Source of the DNA: Alphaproteobacteria bacterium
Lineage (GTDB): Bacteria; Pseudomonadota; Alphaproteobacteria; MPNO01; UBA830
Assembly: GCA_964291215.2 (NCBI GenBank)
Contig: OZ219791.1
Location: 1-64,000, forward strand
Direction: 5' to 3'
Length of the DNA: 64,000 bases
Positions 31,524 to 41,382 of this stretch are shown in pieces. Position 1 is the first letter of the stretch, and each line of letters begins with the position of its first letter. The notes beneath the pieces are model-generated. The model searched no databases. It worked only from the letters and a program-made list of their open reading frames with translations, and was not told the DNA's origin. The position numbers and the translations under genes are program-made.

Positions 31524-32515
31524 CATTGCGTGCGTGCGGCGGCCCAGCGGATGAAGGCGGGCGAGTGCTGGAGGGCGGCGGATGCAGGACCCGACCAGGA
31601 ACTCGCCGACCTCGCGGCGCAGCCGTCCGGCATAGGTGACGATGGCGTCGAGCGTGATGTCGTCGGCCATGCGGTAGAGCGCGCCGCAGAGCGCGATCAA
31701 CGCGCTCGCGTTGTCCGGCACGACCGCGTTCCCGGGATCGTCGAGCACGGCCCGGGGATGGGGCAGTTCGCGCCACACCTTCAGGAAGGCCGAGAACTCG
31801 ACCGCCGCCGCCTCGCCCGCCGTGCCCCGGAACAGCGCCCGCTCGACCGAGGGGTCGGGACCGGCGCGCCGGTTGACGATGCCGGAGACCATCTCCCAGG
31901 TCCGGGGGCAGCAGAACGCCTTCTCCTGCGGATCGAAGCAGTGCAGCAGGTCGGGGCGCATCCGGATGTAGAACAGCACCTGGGGCGCGATGCCGTTGGC
32001 CGCCCCCCAGGCGAGCCAGTCTTCCGCGTCCACCCGGACCTCCAGATGGACGAAGCGCGAGGCGTCGGCATGCGGTGGACCACGCCGCGGTCGCTCTCGC
32101 GGTTGCCGCAGGCGATCAGCGAGGCGCCCTCGGGCAGTTCGTACTCGCCCACCTTGCGGTCGAGCACCAGCTGGTAGAGTGCCGCCTGCACCATCGGCAC
32201 GGCGGACGGCAGTTCCTCCAGGTTGATGAGCCAGCGGCCGGGGTCGTCCGCCGGCGGCAGGAAGGCGGGCGGCGCCCAGCGGGTGCGCCTGTCCGCATCG
32301 CGCCACGGGATGCCGCGCAGGTCCACCGGATCGAGCAGCAGCGCGCGTACGTCGACATAGCTGCGCGAGCCCTCGGCGGCGGCCTGCTGCGCGAGCGCGC
32401 TCTTGGCGCAGCCCGGCGCGCCCCACAGGATGCAGGGCTGGCGCGCCTCGACCAGCAGCGCCAGGGTCGGCGCAAGCTCGCGCAGCGTGTAGTCGGCGGA
32501 AACGGTGTCGGTCAT
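31524..32515 (-). pseudogene. MoxR-like AAA+ ATPase, frameshifted near 32065
   Basis: Walker A-like WGAPGCAKS, DPVDLRGIP, LEEL, VQAALYQLVLDR, GNRESD, SRFVH, PRTWE. Confidence 0.85.
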
Positions 32516-32780
32516 CGGCAGCCTCCGGATTGGCGGAAATGCGGCGCGGGCTCCCTCCGGGCGCCCGGCCGTTCACCGAAACCTCGGCGGCCCTTTCCTC
32601 ATCGTGCCGGGGGAGCTTGTGCCGGCGCGCCAGGCGGGGGGCCGGCGCAGGACGGGAATGTGAGATCGGGCGCCGACCGGATCCGCCGGGGTCTTCGAGG
32701 TCGCCGCCAGCCAGGGAAACGCCGGTCGGTTCCGGAAGCGCTTGCCGATGACAGGATGTCCGGCTTTCGGGCGCGGCGTG

Positions 32781-32809
32781 TTGAAACCGGCCTGCGGACG
32801 GGTTATAGT
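32781..32809 (+). promoter_or_regulatory. Sigma70-like promoter of the autotransporter gene
   Basis: TTGAAA-17 nt-TATAGT, followed by GGAGG (32866-32870) and ATG at 32879. Confidence 0.65.
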
Positions 32810-32897
32810 TTGCACCGGCGGGTTCGCTGCGGTCCTGCGGGCGCGGCGGCTTGGAATCAGGGACGGGAGGATTAGATCATGACGCGGATGCCGGGCG

Positions 32898-35800
32898 ATG
32901 TCGGGATGCATGACCTGCGGCTCTTCGGGCGGAGCGCCTCACGCGCGCGCGAACTCGTTGTACCCCCCCCCCCCCCCCCCTCAAGAGTCAGGGCGCGGGG
33001 CTGAGCCGGTGGGCGCCCCCGGGAGAACCGCCCGCCGCCTGAAGGCGGGACTCGCTGCCCTCTTCCTCATCGCGCTGGCCGCCGCCCTCGCGCCCCAGGA
33101 CGCGCAAGCGCAGACCCCCGTTCTTACCGCCGCGGCGGGCAACGAACAGGTGACGCTGAACTGGACGTATACCGGCAGCGGGCTAACCGGTTGGGGGTAC
33201 AAGATCAATGGCGGTACATATACTTGGGCTGGGACACCCATCGTTATTCCAGCTTCCAACTCCGGCACCAGAAGCCACACGGTAACGGGCCTGACGAACG
33301 GAACCCCTTATCAGTTCATTGTCTACGCGCAGACTGATGCCAATACAGCTTTCCGTCAAAGCAACCAGGCGAGCGCCACACCGCAGGTGCCGGCCCCGAC
33401 GCTGATCTCCGGCCCGGACAGTACCATCAGAACCGCCGAGACGACGACGCTGGTGTGCTACAACCTGCTTTCGGTCTCGCAGGGTGGGGTCACGTATCTG
33501 GAGGCGCGTCAGGGAAAGACGGCCGTGACCGCGCATTCGGTGCTCTCCGACGCGAGCCTCGGCGTCGAGATCACACAGGCTCCCGCCGGCATCACGAAGG
33601 GGCGCCGCGTCAACCTCAGTCCCTGCGTCAATCTGGGCAAGGGCACACATACCGTCACCTGGAGCTGGAGGGGCCAGGACGGTACCGCCACGGCGGGCAC
33701 GACCTCCACCACCGTCACCATCACCGACCCCGCGCCCGCTTCCAAGACCGTCACCATATCGACCGCATCGACCACGATCACCGAGGGCGATTCCGGCAAG
33801 AAGGATGTGACGATCAACATCAAGCTCGGGGAGGGCACGCCATCTCGCACGGGGTTTGACGTTGAGTTTGTTGCCGCCAGCAGCACGGCAACCGACAACA
33901 CCAATGTTGGCACCACGTCTTGCAGTGCTCCGTCCAGCGGTGCGGATATCTGTTATCCCGGTGTATTCAGCAACAACGCATTTGCAAATGTTGAATTCGG
34001 GACGAATGGAAGTTTCAAAATCGGCATACTGGGCGACACGGTCGATGAGGGAACCGGGGAAACCGTCGCCCTGAGGCTTGTGCCCAACAGTCTGGCACGT
34101 TCGGATGGCTGGACGCAGAACAGCAACATGCTCATTCTCACCATCACTGACAACGACGTAACGACCACGACCATGACGCCCTCTGCCCCGACGGGCCTGT
34201 CGGCAGCGGCGGGAAACGGGCAGGTGGTGCTGACGTGGAGCAACCCAAACAATGCGAGCATCACCGGCTACAAGCTGCGCCACGGCAAGACGAGCGAAAA
34301 AAGCAGCGCGACCCTGGCCGCCATCCCGAGCTCGGGCGCCGGCACCACGACCCACACGGTGACGGGCCTGGAGAATGGCAACGAGTACAGCTTCAGGCTG
34401 CTCGCGGTGAACAGCGTCGGCGATGGCGCCGAGACGACCTGGGTGACGGCGACGCCGCGGACACCGACGGTCGCTGGCGTGACGATTTCGACGGCGGCGC
34501 TGACGGTGGCGGAAGGCGCCAGCGGCGCCTACACGGTGAATCTGGACAAGGCGCCCTCGGCGGACGTGACAGTGACGGTGGGCGGCGCTTCGGGCGACGT
34601 GACGGTGGAGGGTTCGCCGCTGACCTTCACGACTGCCAACTGGAACATGGCGCAGACGGTGACGGTGCGCGCGGCCGAGGACCCGGACACGGCGGCGGAC
34701 CCCGACGTGACGCTGACGCACAGCGCCTCGGGCGGCGGCTACGGCTCGGTGACCATCGCCTCAGTCGTGGTGAGCGTGACCGAGAATGACACGCCGCCCG
34801 CGACGACGCCCACGCCTCCCACCGCAGACGCAAGCGTGACGGTGACGCCGACCGCGCTGACGGTGGCGGAGGGCAGCAGTGCGGCCTACACGGTGGTGCT
34901 GGACACGGAACCCTCGGACGATGTCACGGTGACGGTGGGCGGCGCGTCGGGGGACGTGACGGTGGAACCGGCCAGCCTGACCTTCACGACCGCCAACTGG
35001 GACACGGCGCAGACGGTGACGGTGCGCGCGGCCCGAGACGAGGACACGACCGACGACACGGCGACGCTGACCCACGGCGCCTCGGGCGGCGGCTACGGTT
35101 CGGTGACCATCGATTCGGTGGCGGTGACGGTGACGGACACGACGCTGTTGCCGGTGCTGACGCTGGCGCAGGATCCTGCGGCGGTGACCGAGGGCGACGA
35201 CATCCGCCTCGCGGTGACCGCCGACCGGGCGCTGACGGGCAGCCTGTCGGTCAGCCTGACGCTGGCGGCGCGCAATGCCAGCGGCTTCGATGCCGGTGAC
35301 GTTCCGGGCGGTCTGGGGCCGCGTTCGTTCGATGCGGTGTTCGGCGCCGCGGCGCGCACCACGGGGGTGGTGACGATCCCGACCGCGGCCGATGCGGATG
35401 CGGAGGGGGCGGAAGCCTACCGCATCACGCTGAACGACGGTGCGGGCTACGCGGTGGGGAGCGACGCGACGGCTGCGGGCGCGCTGCGCGACCGGGCGGC
35501 GGGTTCCGCGGCGCGGGCGAACCGGGTGAATGCGGCGGTGCTACCGCATGTGGCGGCGGCGGCGATGTCGCAGACGCTGGGGGCGGTGACGGACCGCATC
35601 GAGGCGGCCGGCAGGCCGGGCAGTTCGCTGCGGTTCGGCGCCCTGCCGCCGGATGCCCGGGCAGCCCGGCCGCCGCGCCCTAAGGAGCCGACCCTGAGCG
35701 AGATGCTGGACGGGGCGTCCTTCACGCTGGCGGCGGGCGCCGGGAAGGATGGAGCGTCCGCGCTGCCGTTGGCGGTGTGGGGCCGGGGCGAGTGGCTGTC

Positions 35801-36851
35801 GCTGTCGGGTTCGGAGAAGGATGTCACCTGGGACGGCGGCCTGTGGTCGGCGCAGCTGGGGGCGGACCTGCGGGTGCGCCCGGACCTGCTGGCCGGAGCG
35901 GCGTTCTCCCATGCGCGGGGCGAGCTGGACACGGAGGCGGCCGGCGGCCAGGTGAAGGGCGTGCACGAGACCACGATCACGTCGGTGCACCCCTATGCGG
36001 CGTGGCTGGCGCCGGACGGCTCGACCCTGTGGGCGAGCCTCGGCTACGGGACCGGCGAGGTGCGGATTACCGAGGAAGGCGCGCCTTCGCGCAGCGCCGG
36101 GCTGACGCATTGGAGCGTGTCTGCGGGCGGCCGCAGCGTCCTGGCCGAGGATGCAGAGCTGATCGAGGGCGGGATGACGCGCCTTGCGGTGAAGGGCGAG
36201 GGCTCGGCGGCGCGTCTGCGCACGGAGGCCGATGACGGTCTGGAGGGGCTGACGGCGAGGACGACGCGGTTGCGGCTGCTGCTGGAGGGCTCGTACGAGC
36301 ACGCGCTGGCGGGCGGTGCGACGCTGACGCCGGCTCTGGAGGCGGGGGTGCGCCATGACGGCGGCGCCATCGCCGAAGGGGCGGGCCTCGAGGCCGGGGC
36401 GGGCGTGACCTGGCGGGACCCGGCGGCGGGTCTGACGGCGGAGTTGCGCGCGCGGCTTCTGGCGGCGCACGAGGCGGACCGCGACGAGTGGGGGGTAAGC
36501 GCGCTGCTGCGCCTCGACCCCGGAGCCGACGGGCGCGGGACGTTCCTCGCCTTCGGTCCCGCGCACGGGCGCACGGAGAGCGGCCTCGGCCAGTGGTTCG
36601 ACCTGCCCGCGGCTGCATCCGGCGCAGCTGAGAGCCGTCTGGAGGCGGAGGTGGGCCACGGGTTCGGCCTGCCCGGTCCGGGGCCGTTGGCGGTGCTCAC
36701 CCCCTGGGCCGGACTCAGCCTGGCGGGCGCACGCACCCTGCGGCTCGGCGCGCGCTACCGCCTGGGCGCGGGGCTGTCTCTCGGCCTCGAGGGCGCGCAC
36801 CGGCCGGGCCCCGAAGACAGCCTCATGCTGCGCGGCGCACTGCGCTGGTAG
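32898..36851 (+). CDS. Large autotransporter-like adhesin with FN3 and Calx-beta/Ig-like repeats (true start possibly 32879 across the poly-C tract)
   Basis: Signal peptide ...AQAQ; two FN3 domains (VTLNW...VTGLTNGTPY; APTGLSA...GLENGNEYSF); C-terminal beta-barrel (GVRHDGG, ends LRW). Confidence 0.85.
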   Translation: MSGCMTCGSSGGAPHARANSLYPPPPPPQESGRGAEPVGAPGRTARRLKAGLAALFLIALAAALAPQDAQAQTPVLTAAAGNEQVTLNWTYTGSGLTGWGYKINGGTYTWAGTPIVIPASNSGTRSHTVTGLTNGTPYQFIVYAQTDANTAFRQSNQASATPQVPAPTLISGPDSTIRTAETTTLVCYNLLSVSQGGVTYLEARQGKTAVTAHSVLSDASLGVEITQAPAGITKGRRVNLSPCVNLGKGTHTVTWSWRGQDGTATAGTTSTTVTITDPAPASKTVTISTASTTITEGDSGKKDVTINIKLGEGTPSRTGFDVEFVAASSTATDNTNVGTTSCSAPSSGADICYPGVFSNNAFANVEFGTNGSFKIGILGDTVDEGTGETVALRLVPNSLARSDGWTQNSNMLILTITDNDVTTTTMTPSAPTGLSAAAGNGQVVLTWSNPNNASITGYKLRHGKTSEKSSATLAAIPSSGAGTTTHTVTGLENGNEYSFRLLAVNSVGDGAETTWVTATPRTPTVAGVTISTAALTVAEGASGAYTVNLDKAPSADVTVTVGGASGDVTVEGSPLTFTTANWNMAQTVTVRAAEDPDTAADPDVTLTHSASGGGYGSVTIASVVVSVTENDTPPATTPTPPTADASVTVTPTALTVAEGSSAAYTVVLDTEPSDDVTVTVGGASGDVTVEPASLTFTTANWDTAQTVTVRAARDEDTTDDTATLTHGASGGGYGSVTIDSVAVTVTDTTLLPVLTLAQDPAAVTEGDDIRLAVTADRALTGSLSVSLTLAARNASGFDAGDVPGGLGPRSFDAVFGAAARTTGVVTIPTAADADAEGAEAYRITLNDGAGYAVGSDATAAGALRDRAAGSAARANRVNAAVLPHVAAAAMSQTLGAVTDRIEAAGRPGSSLRFGALPPDARAARPPRPKEPTLSEMLDGASFTLAAGAGKDGASALPLAVWGRGEWLSLSGSEKDVTWDGGLWSAQLGADLRVRPDLLAGAAFSHARGELDTEAAGGQVKGVHETTITSVHPYAAWLAPDGSTLWASLGYGTGEVRITEEGAPSRSAGLTHWSVSAGGRSVLAEDAELIEGGMTRLAVKGEGSAARLRTEADDGLEGLTARTTRLRLLLEGSYEHALAGGATLTPALEAGVRHDGGAIAEGAGLEAGAGVTWRDPAAGLTAELRARLLAAHEADRDEWGVSALLRLDPGADGRGTFLAFGPAHGRTESGLGQWFDLPAAASGAAESRLEAEVGHGFGLPGPGPLAVLTPWAGLSLAGARTLRLGARYRLGAGLSLGLEGAHRPGPEDSLMLRGALRW
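32963..32980 (+). repeat. Poly-C(18) tract in the 5' coding region
   Basis: ta-C18-tcaag. Confidence 0.95.
34479..35140 (+). repeat. Two tandem ~100-aa domain repeats in the autotransporter
   Basis: ALTVAEG..AYTV.LD..PS.DVTVTVGGASGDVTV...LTFTTANW..AQTVTVRAA...ASGGGYGSVTI occurs twice (~34479 and ~34836). Confidence 0.9.
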
Positions 36852-36872
36852 GAGAACGCTTGGCGGTGATGC

Positions 36873-36966
36873 GTTAGGTCGCCATGATGGCGCTCATGGC
36901 CTGGCCGACGCGTTCCGCGGCGGCCTCGATGTCACGGTCGGCGAGACGGGCGTAGCGCAGCGTCAT
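36873..36966 (-). pseudogene. Extreme 3' end of a tyrosine integrase
   Basis: MTLRYARLADRDIEAAAERVGQAMSAIMAT*, homologous to the tail of 20031-20420. Confidence 0.75.
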
Positions 36967-37028
36967 CCGCCCCGGCCGTGACAGTCCGCAGGAAGCCGCG
37001 CCGCCCCCGGCAAGGCCCGCGCCGTGTG

Positions 37029-37060
37029 TTGACTTCACCCCCCCCCCCCCCCGGTATTGT
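37029..37060 (+). promoter_or_regulatory. Promoter-like element with poly-C(15) in the -35/-10 spacer
   Basis: TTGACT-tca-C15-gg-TATTGT; spacer currently 20 nt. Confidence 0.55.
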
Positions 37061-37071
37061 CAAGGATATTG

Positions 37072-38596
37072 GTAACTGCTCACCCCCTGGTTCCGGCTTG
37101 ATGTCGGGGTAGAGTAACGAACGGGTTTACGTGGAGATTTGACATTGCAGGCCGATTCGCTTAGTGGTGGTCATTGAGAACGACGAGGACCGCCAGTGGG
37201 CTACTTTGGATCGAAGGCGACGAGCGGGCTGTGCCAGCTGCTTCCGGGGCTCCAGCCCCCGCATGATCTGTATGTGGAAACGCATCTCGGAGGCGGCGCG
37301 CTGATGAAGCGCAAGGCCGGGTGATGGCGACGGGCGGCGCGCGAGGAGTTCGAAGCGGCCAAGACCGCGGCGCTGCCGGCAAGGTGGCGGAAGAGGCCGT
37401 GATCCGCGTCCTCGTCATCCTGCTCGATATCCTCATCGTCGTCCTTCTGGAGAAGACTACGCACGAGCCGGAACTCCGGTCTGCCGCCGTCACAGACGGA
37501 CAAGGACGAGAGCGTGCCGGGAGCAACGGCCCGAAGCCGAACCGGCAGATGGGCGACAACCTGCGCAAGACTATCGTCGAGGAGACGGTCGCGGCCTGCG
37601 ACGCCTGCGGCGCTGACATCGACGGCCCCGTCGATCGGGAGCGCCGCACGACATCGTGTTCGAGGTCGCGCCGCGTCGACGCCGAGATCAAGGAATGCCC
37701 GAAGTGCAAGGCCCGGGGCCGGTTCCCCGACAACATCCCGTGCAGTACGGCATCGGCATTCAGGCCCTCGTCATCAACCTGCTGGTCGCCCAAATGCTGT
37801 CCCTGCGCCGTGCCGTTGCGTTCGTGCAGGCGATCTCCGGCATCAAGCTCTCCGAGGCCTCGGCTATGCTTTCACGATGCGTCATGGGAGGAGGCCGCCG
37901 TGGCGCACCTCCTGCAACGCCCGATGTCGATGATTTCGGATCAATAGCAAGTGGCTCCATGTCGTGGGACCCTGACGTGCAAGTTCCCACACCGCAAGCG
38001 CGGCCGGGAGGCAAGAGATCGGCATCATCCCGTGCTACAAGGGCGTCCTGGGCCTCGTACATGGGCCAGTGTAGCCACCAGTTGTGCGGCAGCCACCTGC
38101 TGCGCGAACTGACCTTTGTCGTCGAGGCTACCGCTGGGCGCGACTGATGAAGAGCCTGCTCCGCGAGGTCTGCCACAAGATCAACAAGAGCGCATCCAAG
38201 ACCCTGAACGACGCCGGGCGCAAGCGCTACCGCACCATCAGGGCGCCAGGGAACTGCCCGACATCCCGACGAAAGGAAAACGTGGACGCAAGTCCGACGC
38301 GCACAACCTGCACGAACGTCTCGTGAAACACGAAAACCTGCGCTTCACAGACGACCCCGACGTCAGCTTCACCAACAATGCCGGAGAACAGAAAATCAGG
38401 ATGGCAAAGGTCAAGGTGTCCGGATGCTTCCGCTCCACGCAAAAGCATGGTGCCGGGGCTCAAGCTACCTCACCTCCATGGCCGCACTCGGCTACAACCC
38501 ACTCGTCGCCACCCAGATCGCCCTCGACGGAAAAGCCGCAGACATCATCAACGAGCACTACGACCAATCAGAACCCAACTAGGGGTGAGTAGATAC
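37072..38596 (+). mobile_element. IS66-family element (ISBst12-like), degraded, copy 2, no TSD
   Basis: Near-identical to 8013-9506 with the same ends; flanks ggatattg / ctcggcga do not match. Confidence 0.92.
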
Positions 38597-39116
38597 CTCG
38601 GCGAACGAGAAGCAGGAATGTCCGATCGGAACCGCCTCGGGAGGGGACAGGGGAAGCGTGTACATGGGCCACCTAGAGCAAGAAAGCAGGGTTGCGTACC
38701 TTACTCGATAGCAGATTCACTTGTCAAGCCCGCCAAACCCTGAAAACCCTTGGTTTCCCTGTGGAAAAGGGCTCCATCAGACCAAAGACGGCTTTCCGAA
38801 GTCAGGACGTCTGAGACTGGCGGGTACCGGGATCGCAACCCGAGCCCGGACACCAGATCATGTGGCGCAACCCGCCTGACCAGCGCCGTTCTTGGCCATC
38901 AAGTCGGCTTCCGAGCCGGACAGCGGCAGGCCTTGCAACACATTCAGACCCGCGACGTCACGTCGTAATTGTCATTACTCGGCAGGGCTAGCTCCGCCAA
39001 ATCCTGATCCTGGCTGAATATCACGGCCACATCGAGAATGCACAACACCAAACCCACCTCTACGGAGGGTTGAGCAGATACGGACATTGTTCACCTGACC
39101 TTGAGGAGAGATCGTC

Positions 39117-41327
39117 ATGGCAACCCATTACATCGACAGCGAAGAGACGGTGGATCGATCCCGGGATACCGGAGAAAACCGATACGAGGCCAGGCGCGGG
39201 GAGGGCGGAAGTCCCTACGAAGGCCCGATGAACGTTGTCGGAGGGGCAGGCAAGGACACCTTCATCGGACAGAAGGGCAATGACTGGTTCAAGGATTCCG
39301 GCGGCGGCAGCGACGCACACGGCGGTGGCGGGCGCGACTATCTCGAAGGCGGCAACGGACCGAACACCCTGCGCGGCGGCTGGGGCAACGACATCCTGGT
39401 CGGGAACCAGAAGGACCAGATCGCCGACCGCCTCTACGGCGGCTCCCACAACGACTTCCTGATCGCGGGCAAGCTCAAGGCGAGCAACCGGCAGGACGAC
39501 GGCACCGGCGCGCTGACCGACGCGACGCTTGGCCGGGGGCCGATCTCCAACCAGGCCGGGGATCCGCAGGGAAGCCTCCTCCATGGCGGCCATGGCGGCG
39601 ACCACTTCATCCTCAACCCCGACAGCTATGTCTATATCGAGGACTTCCGGAATTGGTACGACTACATCTACGTGACCGGTATCCGGGACGGGGCGGAGCT
39701 CACCATTGTCCACCACCCCGACGGCCATTACGGGAATGCCCACTTCCGGATCATGCTCGGCAACAAGGTGCTCGCCGAGCTCAAGTTCGAGGAGGATGTC
39801 AATCCCGATGACGCCGAAGCCGTGAGGGTGGCGAAAGGGAAGATTGACGAGTTCCTGGAGACCGCGAGCGGGGACTGGATCAACGGCGACCACAATGGCA
39901 ACACCATTCAGGGCACCGCGCATTCCGACCATATCTACGGCCATGGCGGCGAAGACACGCTCAAGGGCGGCGCGGGGGACGACGCTCTCGTCGGCGGCAA
40001 CGGCAACGATACCCTCCGCGGCGGGGACGGCGACGACCGGCTGCAAGGCGGCAACGGCAACGACACGCTTTGGGGCGGCGCGGGCATGGACTCGCTGGAC
40101 GGCGACGGCGGCAACGACCTGCTCTACGGCGGCGGCGGCGACGACGGGCTCTACGGCGGCGACGGCCACGACCGGCTCGACGGCGGCGACGGCAGGGATG
40201 TGCTCTATGGCAACGCCGGCCGGGACATCTTCGTGATCAGCGAGGGCCGGAGCAGCGACGGGGCCGCTGACATCATCGGGGACTTCAAGGTCGAGGAGGA
40301 CTACATCCGGTTGCCGTTCAGCATCTCGTGGGACGATGTCCGGTTTGTCCGGAGCATCACGGACCCGAACGATGTGACCACGCACCTTGTCACCGGCACG
40401 GGCGATTCGCAGAAGGTGCTGGCCCGGTTCCAGGGCTTCGAGAATCTCACTGCCCAGCAGCTGCAGGAGCTCAAGAACAAGGTCGACTTCATCTGGGACT
40501 TCGACCCGAACGAGGAGTATCCGGACCCGCAGGCCGGGAAGACGCTCAAGGGCACGAACAGGAAGGACATGCTCGTCGGCGGGAACAACGACGACACCAT
40601 TGACGGCAAGGGCGCGGCGGACGTGCTCTACGGGCGCGGCGGCGGCGACAGGCTCTTCGGCGGCAATGGCAAGGACACGCTGTATGGCGACAGCGGCGAC
40701 GACTCCCTGTTCGGGGATGACAACAACGACATCCTCCACGGCGGCGCCGGCGGCGACACGCTGAACGGCGGGAAGAGCGCCGACCGGCTGTACGGCGAAG
40801 ACGGCGATGACACGCTCAATGGCGGCAATGGCGACGACATGCTGTATGGCGGCGCCGGCAGCGACGAGCTGGACGGCGGGGACGGCAATGACCGGCTGGA
40901 AGGCGGCGAGGGCGATCTCGATGTGCTGGCCGGCGGCGCGGGCGAAGACCGGCTGTTCGGCAACGGCGGCAACGACCGTCTGGAGGGCGGCAGGGATGCC
41001 GACCGTCTGCGTGGCGGCGAGGGCGCCGACGAGTTCCTGTTCCGCCAGGGCGACGGCGTCGATGTCATCACCGACTCCGAGGACGGGACCGACGCCATTA
41101 TCTTCCTGGCCCAGACCGGGGCGAATGCCGGGACCGACACGAAGTTCCTTTCGTTCTCCGACCTGGTGCTGACCGACAGCGAGGAGGCGGGCGGCGTGGT
41201 CATCACCTCGGACAAGCTCGAAGGCAACGAGATCATCGTCAGGGGCGTGACGTCCGAGATGCTGACGGCCGACGACTTCGGCTTCCTGACGGTCGATCAG
41301 TACAACGAACACCTCGACATCGGCTGA
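39117..41327 (+). CDS. RTX/hemolysin-type calcium-binding protein
   Basis: Many GGxGxDxLx nonapeptides in three blocks; GAGGAG RBS; no N-terminal signal peptide; T1SS-type C-terminus. Confidence 0.92.
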   Translation: MATHYIDSEETVDRSRDTGENRYEARRGEGGSPYEGPMNVVGGAGKDTFIGQKGNDWFKDSGGGSDAHGGGGRDYLEGGNGPNTLRGGWGNDILVGNQKDQIADRLYGGSHNDFLIAGKLKASNRQDDGTGALTDATLGRGPISNQAGDPQGSLLHGGHGGDHFILNPDSYVYIEDFRNWYDYIYVTGIRDGAELTIVHHPDGHYGNAHFRIMLGNKVLAELKFEEDVNPDDAEAVRVAKGKIDEFLETASGDWINGDHNGNTIQGTAHSDHIYGHGGEDTLKGGAGDDALVGGNGNDTLRGGDGDDRLQGGNGNDTLWGGAGMDSLDGDGGNDLLYGGGGDDGLYGGDGHDRLDGGDGRDVLYGNAGRDIFVISEGRSSDGAADIIGDFKVEEDYIRLPFSISWDDVRFVRSITDPNDVTTHLVTGTGDSQKVLARFQGFENLTAQQLQELKNKVDFIWDFDPNEEYPDPQAGKTLKGTNRKDMLVGGNNDDTIDGKGAADVLYGRGGGDRLFGGNGKDTLYGDSGDDSLFGDDNNDILHGGAGGDTLNGGKSADRLYGEDGDDTLNGGNGDDMLYGGAGSDELDGGDGNDRLEGGEGDLDVLAGGAGEDRLFGNGGNDRLEGGRDADRLRGGEGADEFLFRQGDGVDVITDSEDGTDAIIFLAQTGANAGTDTKFLSFSDLVLTDSEEAGGVVITSDKLEGNEIIVRGVTSEMLTADDFGFLTVDQYNEHLDIG

Positions 41328-41351
41328 GCCGCTTCTGGCCAGCGGTAAGAC

Positions 41352-41382
41352 TGCGGCCGCTCCTCGGCGAGGGGCGGCCGCA
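41352..41382. terminator. GC-rich hairpin after the RTX gene
   Basis: tgcggccgctcctc-ggc-gaggggcggccgca. Confidence 0.5.

Noticed and set aside
39940-41040. 27-bp periodic DNA repeats
   Set aside because: Fully explained by RTX nonapeptide coding.
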